Positions 55,243 through 64,000 of a DNA stretch of 64,000 bases are shown one piece after another. Position 1 is the first letter of the stretch. Each line of letters starts with the position of its first letter. This DNA is from Phaeosaccion multiseriatum (lineage: Eukaryota; Protista; Ochrophyta, other classes): assembly GCA_965112735.1 (NCBI GenBank), contig OZ218953.1, positions 3,720,001-3,784,000 on the forward strand. The letters are read 5' to 3'. Position numbers and translations under genes: made by a program. The notes under the pieces were generated by a model. That model ran no database searches, was not told where the DNA came from, and worked only from the letters and a program-made list of their open reading frames with translations.

Positions 55243-55764
55243 AGTTGGAGACAGAGCCGTTGGCGACACAGACACAGCAGGCCTCCCCCGTGCCCCCCGG
55301 GCAGCGCTCTTGCCCTTGGGGCTGCCGACGAAGGGGCCGAACACCTTCTCCGCCTTGGCCAGGGGGTTGGCCTGGCCGGCCAGGGGCGAGGAGGCAGACA
55401 CGGCGCGCTGGTGCACAACGCTCTTGTTGCGCCCCTGCCCCTTCCCCTCTCCCGTTGAGGCCGCCGCGCGCTGCCGAGCATTCATGGCGTGCAGGTACTT
55501 GGCGCCGATCCCTTTGGCCGCCACAGGAGACTCGGACTCCTCCTGCGACGCCAATGCCGCCGCACCAGCAGTAGCAGAAGTACTACGGGGAGGAGAAGGA
55601 GCAAGACGAGGAGGAGGAGGAGGAGGAGGAGGTGCCTCTGAATCATCAGGCAATGCGCCGCTCGATCGGACACTCCCGTGCCTCCCTCTACTGCTGGTGC
55701 CACTACCACGGGTGCTGCCCTGCCTCCGGTGGCCGCTCCTTCCTGGAGAAGCTCCACTCGCCAT
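47135..55764 (-). CDS. TBC1D23: TBC1D23-like protein (TBC + rhodanese-like + C-terminal PH-like domain) with long low-complexity inserts
   Basis: RVIRVDVERTR..LLTYYCKHNDVRYKQGMHEILAPF; FRLLLLYHRPKLCKFLD..PELYSSGWFQTLF; MWDMYLFWGDPALHFF; YTPKSFR; YILMDCRSAEEFEKCRLAPALHLDP and FPYVSHVRG (rhodanese); LTRITSQKARADLLIFYF (C-terminal domain). Confidence 0.85.
52875..53270. repeat. Tandem duplication (203-bp period, two near-identical copies) filling one TBC1D23 intron
   Basis: ggtggtaggtggtacatttgg...ggtgctcact at about 52875-53067 and 53078-53270; one substitution seen (ggtagtgag versus ggtaatgag). Confidence 0.93.
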
Positions 55765-56119
55765 GGCTGGCACAAGCAGGAGGATTATTCAAGGCGCTGC
55801 TGCAGCTGCCGTTGTTGTGGGCCTTGAAGACTTGCTCCCCCCACACATAGCGCTGCTTCGTGACTACCTCATCCTCCTATTGCAAAGTGCTCCCAGGCAA
55901 GCTTTGGACCTCCTCCTCCGATTGCAAAGTGCTCTTCGGTTCGACGGAAAAAAAAAAATGACGAAGTGGATCAAGCCCACAAACCCCCTTCTTCCTCCTG
56001 CCACACGTGTCCGGGGCAGTGACTCGTAACAGCAGTAGCAGTAGCAGTACCAGGAGCAGTAGCAGTAGCGCCAGCACCAGCACTCGGAGATGCCCTTCAA
56101 GGCATCCGTACACTCACAA

Positions 56120-56143
56120 GTAAACTTCCGTACGTAAGTTTAC
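56120..56143. promoter_or_regulatory. 24-bp near-perfect palindrome in the divergent TBC1D23/ZMYND12 promoter region
   Basis: GTAAACTT-C-CGTACG-T-AAGTTTAC within an AT-rich island; function is inferred from position only. Confidence 0.35.
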
Positions 56144-56532
56144 GTAAGCTAGAAGTATTTTTGTAACGGTACCCAAAATATTCTCTCCGTCTCTCCCTAT
56201 CTCTCCTCCAAAGCTCTCATCTGTACCGTATTGGGCGCGGTCGATAGTATCATCGGCAAGTGCGGCCGACACATTGCGCCCGAACAGCTGGAGGAGGGAG
56301 GAGAGATCGGCAGCCGCAGCGAGCCACGTTCGGGGCTTCGTGTGTTTGGCGGTGGTGTGGGCGAGGCAAGGTATGCTGAGGGAGGCATAAGGGATGAAGG
56401 AGGTCGCCCGGCCGTCCTGCCTTCGAAGCCGAAAGGTAGGGAAGGAAGACAGGGGACGATTATAGAGTCCGGTTGGGAGCGAGGTCGAGCAGAGAAGACG
56501 AAAAAAACAGTGGAAGTAGCGAGTGCGTTCCA

Positions 56533-58999
56533 ATGTCGGTGCAGCAGTTCAGTAGCGGGACGCTGGGGACGGGCACCCAAGCAGGAGGGTCTGCGGCTTC
56601 CACGGACTATCGCATCGAGCGCATCAACCGCCTGGCGTACCCCAAAGGGAAGATCCCTCGCTGCGAGCTGACGGGCCTCCCTGCCCAAGTTATGCTCGTT
56701 GCTCACAATGTCAGCCTCTGCTATGCCACTGAGGAGCACGCGGAGCAGGCATGGCATGGCATTATGCACAAAATCGGGCCCCTGGTCGGGCCGCTACGGG
56801 CTGCTCCCCCCATGATTGGATCGGAGGAAGACAGAGCTCGGCGGCAGTACACTGTGCGAATGAGCAAACGCGCCCTGGTGGACTTGTGCCAGCAGGAGGC
56901 GAGCACGTTTCTGGTCAAGGGCAGGTTCGACCTGGCCATTCCGGGGGCAATTCAGGCGCTGGCCTTTTGCAAGGAGATCTTTGGGGAAGGCAGCATCGAG
57001 ATGGTGCCACCCTACCTGCTGCTCTCGGAGGCCAACTTGGGCCTGGGCAGACTGCAAGCAGCGGAAGAGTTTCTGTCTCTCGCGAATTGGAGCATCCTCA
57101 AGAATCCAGATTGCAGCAACAACATCCGGTCGCAGGTAACGAAGCTCCAGCACGGGCGTGTGTGGAGGGCGTTGTGGTGCATTGCGGGACAGACAGACGG
57201 GAAGCTTCCGCTGGCCCACAGTGACTGACACTTCGAAAAGCTATGCACAAAGAGCGCTGACGATGTCCTCCCTCCCTCCCTCCCTCCCCCCCTCCCCCCC
57301 CATTAGCTACACCGCAACTTCGGCAAGCTATACACCGCGCAGAACAAGTTGGACGAGGCTATCCGAGAGCTGGCCAAGGACATTTACTGCTCCTCACTGG
57401 AGGTGGGGCCGGAGAACGTCAACACCTCGCCGGGCATCTTCCTCATGGCCAACACGCTCTACGCCAAGAGAAACGTCGAGGTGAGGAAGCGGGGCAGGAG
57501 GAGGGCAAAGTATGCAGGAGAGGCGCCTCCTTTGCGTGGGGGTGCCTGAGGAGGTATTCGAGGAGGGAAGGTCCATCTGCGTTGCGTCGGCTCCGTCGAG
57601 TAGGAATAGGCCGGGTCTGTTGTCCGTGGGCTACAAGCGTGGTCTTTGTTGTCAGTGGTCTGTTTGTTCCTTCTCCTCCCCCCCTCTCTCCTTGGATACG
57701 GTCAGCCCCTGCAGTAGGTAGTGGCTCGGGCTGTGATCCTCACCACACGAGCAGCGCCTCGTTCTCCCCGTATCCGCGCCTCCCTCGTCCTTTCTGTTGT
57801 CGTGCGGTACAATTGACCCACCCGCCTGACCATGCCATCTCATGCCTTATCTTACCTTGGTCTCGTCTCGCACATGCCCCACGCACACACCCACGCCTCC
57901 ACGCTCTCACGCCAACCCCACCTCACAGAGCGCCTTGGCCTTCTACGACAAGGTGGTGGACATTTGGTACAAATTTATGGCCTCTCTGCGGCAGGATCCC
58001 CAGCTGGCAGAGGCGCTGGGCAACGAATCGCAGCTGTCCGAGGGCGTGGAGATGCTCACACGAGTGCTCAACACTAGGCTGAACCTGCTGGGGGAGGGGC
58101 ACATCGCCACGGGGGAGGCGAGGTACACACTAGGGTTGCTCAACTCCTTCATGGGCAATCACGCGGTAAGGAGGAAAGGAAGAGGGGGGGGGGGGGGGGG
58201 GGCAAGTTGAGTACTCGGGAGGGCGCTTGATCGGAGTTCCTTTGGGAAGTCTTCAGGCTTGAACCGAGTTGAAGGGGATGGAAGGATCCATCGCTCGAGC
58301 AAGCATCCACCTATTCCATCCACAGATGGCACCTCGAAGAGGCTCTGAGGTGCGAAGGTGCATGAGATGCGCACAGACGGATGCGCTTCTTGGGCCTTGG
58401 ACGGCGTTGTACCACTCCTAGCTTTCCCTCCCCTCTTCTCCGCCCTCGTACTTACTTACTTACATACATATTTACTTCCTTCCTTCTTTCATATCCTGTC
58501 CTGTCCTGGCGTGCCGTGTCCTATCCTGCAGCTGGCCGTGGAGAACCTGACGGCGGCCTCCAACATCTACGAGAAGCAGCTGGGGCAGGGGCACCAGTCA
58601 TACAAGGACGTTATGGCTGTGCTGGACCAGCTCAGCGACCAGCAGCAACAGCAGCTTCAGCAAGGCGGAACTAGATCCGCTGCCGACCAACAAGGCGGTA
58701 GCACTGACGGGGTGGGTGGGGCCGGAGCTTCTGGTGCGGTCGGGGGCGTGGTGAATAACTTTGTCTTGAACAGCAGTCGGCGGCCGACGCCTGAGGGAGG
58801 CGAGGCTGGCGACCACGGGGCGCTTCTCTCTGCGAGCTCTCTGCTCAATCAATTCCCCGGCGGCGATTCGGTCATGCCGAGGGCCCCGAAGCAGAGTCCC
58901 ATCCCGCTGCCCCCCCTGGGCTCGGCCGCTCACCCGCACAGCACGGAGGGTACAGCGGGAGATGCCATGACAATGTCTCCGCCACAATCGGCAGGGTAG
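56533..58999 (+). CDS. ZMYND12: ZMYND12-like axonemal TPR protein (4 exons) with degenerate MYND finger
   Basis: INRLAYPKGKIPRCEL...QAWHGIMHKIGPLVGPLR...GSEEDR; AIPGAIQAL; EMVPPYLLLSEANLGLGRLQAAEEFLSLANW; LHRNFGKLY..AIRELAKDIY; AFYDKVVDIW. Confidence 0.9.
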
Positions 59000-59329
59000 G
59001 AAGGAAGGGGCGAAGCGGGCCGAGGGTGGTGGGCAGAGGGCTCAGGCTCTCAAGCGGCGCACGAGAGAAAGGGAGGTGGAGAAGCAGCAGCGGCGGCAGC
59101 GCTAGTATTGTAGTGAGGTAGCACTCCACAGCAGAGGCTGAGAATGTAAGAAGCGAAAAAAGGCGTATGACCACGCGTGGGCCTTGTTCTTCAGGGAGGA
59201 GGATGAGATGAAGGTACCCCGGATGCCTTTCATCAAAGGGAACAAAGACGAGGTGGCGCACATTGCTACATAGCAGGAGCAGATGCGGCCTATGGAGGCA
59301 TTTTTCTTCTTGTCCAACACATCTTTTCT

Positions 59330-60121
59330 TTACAGCAATAGATCGTCATCAGATGATTCGTCGTCGTCGTCGTCGTCGTCGTCGGACCCAGCACCAAGCT
59401 CCCATGTACGTCTGCCTCCACTGCTAGCAGGCACAGCGGGGAGATGGCTCGCCTCTGCCGGAGCTGCTGGGCCGCCCAACACACACCCTCCTGCCGTACC
59501 TCCTCTCATGCCCACCGCTGCATAGTTTGGAGGGGAGTTTTCGAAATCATCCTCGTCACTCCTGCCCCGATGCCCGTGCCCACCGTTCTCGTCTCCGTTC
59601 CCACGTGCTTCACCGCCATTGTATTCATCATCCCCACTGCCATCCTCGCCGCCGCCGTGCGCAACACCATCCACTGGCAGGCTGAACGATACCCCCCCTG
59701 CCGCTGCCGCTGCCGCCGCCACTGTCTTGACCTTCTTCTTGCTTCCCCGCGTATCTCCGCCTCCACTTGCACTGTCCTTCTTCCTCCTTTCCTCGAAAGA
59801 AGCGAGGGCGTGCGTGACTCCATTTCCCCCTCTCCGGGCCACCAGCTTCACGTCATCCACGCCCACGACGGACCGCTTACCATGCTTGGAGAACTGGTGC
59901 AAATCGTCCGCCAAAATCGCAGTGTACTTGAGGAGGAGGTGGGTAAGTGTGCTAGTGGCTCCTCCGCCGAAGGGAATAGGGGCTTCTTTGCCACCCTGGT
60001 CCTGTTGCTGTCGCTGCTCCTTCTCATGCTTCTCCTGCTGCTTTGCGTGCTCTACCCTGAGTATCTCCCCCACGCTGAACTGCAGGGCCTTTCTAACCTC
60101 TTCGTTATACGAAGGATCCAT
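59330..60121 (-). CDS. CENPS: CENP-S/MHF1 histone-fold protein with long acidic C-terminal extension
   Basis: RKALQFSVGEIL...LADDLHQFSKHGKRSVVGVDDVKLVARR matches the CENP-S signature (DLE.FA.HAKR..I..EDV.L.ARR). Confidence 0.87.
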   Translation of the reverse strand: MDPSYNEEVRKALQFSVGEILRVEHAKQQEKHEKEQRQQQDQGGKEAPIPFGGGATSTLTHLLLKYTAILADDLHQFSKHGKRSVVGVDDVKLVARRGGNGVTHALASFEERRKKDSASGGGDTRGSKKKVKTVAAAAAAAGGVSFSLPVDGVAHGGGEDGSGDDEYNGGEARGNGDENGGHGHRGRSDEDDFENSPPNYAAVGMRGGTAGGCVLGGPAAPAEASHLPAVPASSGGRRTWELGAGSDDDDDDDDESSDDDLLL

Positions 60122-60679
60122 GAAGAACAGCGATGCCCGAGGAAGGGTTCCCTCTCGTCCCCCTCCCCCCCTCCTTTCCAGACAAAGCTTTCTATTCGTC
60201 TCTGTCGCGTTTTTTTCTCCCTTTGAGATGGAGGGGGCCCGTCCAACTTGTATTTATTGACTTAAGAGGATAGAGGGCAATCTGTCCAAGTTAGTGCTGT
60301 TGGTTCTGATGCGACCCTGCTCCCTGCTTCTGGCTGGCGCCAGCCGGCCAGGCAGGTTCCAGGTTCTGGGGGAAAGCCATGTAATAAGGCAATGTGATGA
60401 GGGCCAAGGCTGCTTCCTGCTTCTGGGCTGGCCTGTCTCAGAAGCATGTCAGGGGCCGAGAGAAGGCTGTGCGATGTTGAAATCACGTTGCTCTGCTGCT
60501 GCAGGCATTTAAATTAAAAATAAAACATGGACTGAATGAGGGGACAAGAGCTGAGCCGCGTCGGGCGACTCGATGCTCGGCCAAAACGAGTCTAATCTAA
60601 AAAACAAAAAAGATGCAATGAGAGTTGGGGTGTTGCCAATCGATCTCCTTCTCCTTCATCGCTCGCTCGCTCGCTCGCC

Positions 60680-61630
60680 TCACCGCTTCTTGACCTTCGT
60701 GATGGGCAGAAACTTGGTGGAGTTGGGAACGAAACGCCCGTGCAGCCTCTCGCGCTTCAGCGCCACTTCCTTGCGGCTGTCGGACACGGCCTTCACGACG
60801 CCGCCATCGCCGGCTCGCGCTCTCTGGGGCTTGCGCGCCCACGTCCGGCGCTTTCTCTTCCACAGGTAGCGAGCCACGCTCAGGGCTCGGCGACGAGGCT
60901 GGTGCGGCGGAGGGAAGGCTTCGGCGTTGCAGGCAGAGAGGCCCGGGACAGGGGGGCAAGGCGGGGCGGGGTCGGGATCGGGGTCGGGGTCGCTCTGGTC
61001 CATGCTGCTGCCGCTCTTGTCGACGGACAGAGCATGCTCGTAAACACAAGGCGGTGACTCCCCAGCCGCACCGCTGCATCCAGCGTGACTGGGTTTGGCA
61101 TTGCAGGTAGAGAGGCTGCTGCCTCCGCTGCTGCTGCTGATGCTGCTTGTGAAAGCGCTTCTGTAAGGGACGAATGTCACGCTGCTGGTGTTGCTACTGC
61201 TGCTGATATCGGTGTCAGAGCTGCTGCTACTCTCGCTCCGAACGAGGCGACCACTGGGCTCGCCCTCCATGGCCACATGGCCGATAGTGGGCAGGAGCTG
61301 CTGATACGGCAGGGGCTGCTGATGGTGATAGGAGCGATCACACTCTTCCAGCGGCTGTTCCTTCCCGAATCTCGATAGAGATACCGAGTCGAAGTCCTCA
61401 GGCGAAACGAATGTCTCGTCGTCTTCCATCTCCAGCTCCCACGCCAGCTCCTCCTCAAGAAAAAAGATGCCATCCGCCTCTTCGCCCAGCTCGAGCACAT
61501 CCTGTATCTCCCCTCCAGGGGTGCCCCTCAGGTCACTGCTGCCACTGCACGTGTCCCTGAGAGGCACCGCTTGCCCCCCTTCCCCCTCCATCCCCGCCCC
61601 CTTGCTGTTTTGCTCTTGCATGGCCGTCAT
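60680..61630 (-). CDS. CCT-motif (CONSTANS/TOC1-type) transcriptional regulator with acidic N-terminal region
   Basis: RALSVARYLWKRKRRTWARK...SRKEVALKRERLHGRF matches CCT R....RY..KRK.R...K..RK..A..R.R..GRF. The stop overlaps a possible gtgagg donor, so the 3' end is uncertain. Confidence 0.75.
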   Translation of the reverse strand: MTAMQEQNSKGAGMEGEGGQAVPLRDTCSGSSDLRGTPGGEIQDVLELGEEADGIFFLEEELAWELEMEDDETFVSPEDFDSVSLSRFGKEQPLEECDRSYHHQQPLPYQQLLPTIGHVAMEGEPSGRLVRSESSSSSDTDISSSSNTSSVTFVPYRSAFTSSISSSSGGSSLSTCNAKPSHAGCSGAAGESPPCVYEHALSVDKSGSSMDQSDPDPDPDPAPPCPPVPGLSACNAEAFPPPHQPRRRALSVARYLWKRKRRTWARKPQRARAGDGGVVKAVSDSRKEVALKRERLHGRFVPNSTKFLPITKVKKR

Positions 61631-62245
61631 TTGTACTTGTCGGCGACATCATTCTGGAATACATCTTGGCTTTTCCTTTTCGCCTAGCTGGTCTCATAGT
61701 CTTTGAGGGAGGTGGTGAGTCCATTAGCAGTACATGATTGCTTGCTGTTCTGTGTTGTGTTGTAGGAGGGGGAAGCGTTTGGAGACCAGTCAGTTTCGCA
61801 CCTTACATGCACAAGCTTTCTCGAGCCTTTCCTTCTCCTCCCCCCCCTCTTCATACCATTGGGTTACCTTCCTACCCTTCCTACCCCACTCCCCACCCCA
61901 TCTCCACTCCACTCGACCCCCCCACAAACCCTTGAAACTCTTCCTGAACCGTTCCCTTCCCTCTCCCCAATCCGGCGCTCCTTGCTTTAAAACATGGGAG
62001 AGGGAAAACGACCTCGCCCCACCCCTCATATCTCCCCTTATTAGCTCCATGGTCTCACCTTAGGTCCTTTTCCCCTTACACACGTGTCTCTGTGCCAATG
62101 ATTTTGCCGGCCCATGTGGACCATTCCTGAAATCGTCGCCACTTGTGATCCACTTGTCGCGGATTTCGAGCTCGCTCACATGATCCATTACTTTTAGACA
62201 ACCATATAGCGCTCCTCGATCTCCGATCTCCTCTGACAAGGATTC

Positions 62246-63625
62246 ATGGTGATCGGGAGGGTTGTGGTGATGCTGCTTGTTTCTCGTTCCGTTCGAGGCT
62301 TTGTCGCTGTGCCCGCTTCGCGTGTAGCAGCGGCAGCAGCAAGAGGAGGAGGACGAGGAGGAGCGGGACGGATGGCACGTCGACAACCGCCTTGTCACAC
62401 CATCTCTCGCCGGCTACACGACGGAGAAGAGATAGCTTTGTGGTCATTGGCAGCAGCGAGAGGGAGAGGGGGTGGGAGGAGCTCAAGTGGCGGCGGCGGC
62501 GGCAGGAGGAGGAGGAGGCCTTCTCCAAGGTGAGCAGGGCCCAAGCCTCGGCCCGCCCGCTCCTACCGTCATCTTCTTTTCCCTTCTCGCTCTCTGTCTC
62601 TTCTCGCATCTCAATCTGTCCTCCGCCCCCCTTCTCCCCCCTCCTCCCTCTCCCCTTCTCTTCTCTCCTCTCCTCTCCTCGTCTCTCTATCTCAGGGACG
62701 GAGGTGGTGAGGGTGGTGCGGGCAGTCCGTCCAGGGCGAGCCAGTATCGGCATAACTTACGGCCGGGCATTCGCGTGGAGGTGGTGAAGAAGCAAGACCA
62801 GAGAACGGGGCGCTTGACAAGGTGCGTAGAGGAAACAAGCGGTCGCAGCCGCAGCGTTTCGGCAATGGCTGTGGAACGGGGAGGCTTTCTGGGGCCGCCT
62901 CTGTACAAGGGGCAGCAATGGGGAATGGGATGGAGTCAGCAAAGAGATGAGGAGAGATGGGGAAAGAGGGAGAGAGAGGGAGGGAGACCAAAATATCTGA
63001 ACAAGAGGGCATCTTCTACCTCAGGACACTCCTTAGTTTGCCTCTACTTGCAAAGAAGGCTCTGGTTGGCTCACGTTTTCATTGTTATCTTCATTCTGTC
63101 TCGCGCCGTCCGTCCCTCCGCCTCCGCAGCGGTGTGGTACAACGACTGTTGACAAACTCGACTTTCCATCCGCGAGGAATCAAGGTGCGGCTGGATAACG
63201 GAGTAGTAGGAAGAGTCTTTAGCATCGCCGGCGACGAAACCCGCTCCAACTTCTTGCCGACTGCTGCTGGTGTCGACACGTCCTCCTCGGAGAACCCAGT
63301 ATCGGGCGGAGCAGCAGACGCAGCAGCAGTACTGGAACACCCACAGCAGGAGGATCACTTTGCGGCTCACGCAGAGAATCAGCTAGGAGAGCAGCAGCAG
63401 CAGGAGGAGGAGGAGAAGGAGGAGGAGGAGGAGGAGGAGGGGGAGGAGCGGCGGCGGCACGGGCGGCGGCAGGGCGAAGCTTGGAGACGGAGACGGGGAC
63501 GGGGAGGGAGGGGGGGGGGCAGGCAGGTTCACGCGAGAGGTGGGGCAGGAGGCGAGGCAGGAGGCGAAGCCAAAACGAGCCGCTCGTGGCACTTCGTGGA
63601 CGGCGTGTTGGTGGACAGCACATAG
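62246..63625 (+). CDS. YwbE/DUF2196-family protein with putative bipartite plastid-targeting leader (3 exons)
   Basis: QYRHNLRPGIRVEVVKKQDQRTGRLT|SGVVQRLLTNSTFHPRGIKVRLDNGVVGRV; leader MVIGRVVVMLLVSRSVRG-FVAVPASR; phase-2 introns at about 62530-62695 and 62822-63129 join in frame. Confidence 0.85.
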
Positions 63626-64000
63626 AGCCTCGCCACCTCGTCTACCCAAGGTTAGTTAGCTCTATTACATAAAGAGGAAATTTAATGCTGGGAAGAAAAA
63701 AAACTAATTAAAATTCATTAAAAAATTGAGCCCTCTGGTGTTTTATCGATCTCCTCCTCGCACGCAGCACAGTGATATAAGGGTGTGAGGCTGCGAGAGA
63801 GAGAGCTCCTCACTGCTTCTCAGGGAAATCATGGCCCTCCTCTGCGGCGTCTAATGGCAATGACACATCCTGCTTCGGCACAGGCTCCTCCTGTACAGGA
63901 GGGGCAGGACACAGTCTAGAGTTTCATCGAAGGCGGCAGGTTCCTGAAGGCAGGCGCTGGATCCATCAACACAGAGAGGGGGGGGGGGGGGCTCTCCTAC

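Noticed and set aside
6150-55764. Functional cluster of trafficking, autophagy and mitochondrial genes (ATG18, COG5, dynamin, LETMD1, FKBP8, TBC1D23)
   Set aside because: These are common housekeeping categories mixed with unrelated genes, and I saw no shared motif. It would need conserved synteny or co-expression.

Overview
Eukaryotic nuclear DNA: GC-rich, gene-dense, with many short GT-AG introns full of microsatellites. It is most likely a photosynthetic stramenopile (ochrophyte) alga with a flagellated stage. That is an inference from a bipartite plastid-targeting leader, a CCT protein and a ZMYND12 gene. By joining exons by hand I find 14 protein-coding genes: a myristoylated CAMK-family kinase (+), ATG18/WIPI (-), a large orphan Q/E-rich protein (+), COG5 (-), an Mx-like dynamin GTPase (+), an IQ-motif protein (-), LETMD1-like (+), a CHY zinc finger (-), FKBP8-like (+), TBC1D23-like (-), ZMYND12-like (+), CENP-S/MHF1 (-), a CCT-motif protein (-) and a YwbE/DUF2196 protein (+). 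Twelve of them sit in six head-to-head pairs. The main candidate novelty is the roughly 31-exon Mx-like dynamin. It appears spliced in frame to a C-terminal HECTD1-type SUN/discoidin-like beta-sandwich, with a stop codon inside the joining intron that could switch between a plain Mx and a fused form. Other notable items are a 78-bp near-perfect intergenic fold-back, a MITE-like element just past the COG5 stop, a 33-copy 14-mer intronic array, an internally duplicated intron, and a recurring G-rich 5' / C-rich 3' intron polarity. No rRNA, tRNA or CRISPR was recognised. Exon boundaries were read by eye and may be off by a few bases. Family assignments come from motif recognition, not database searches.
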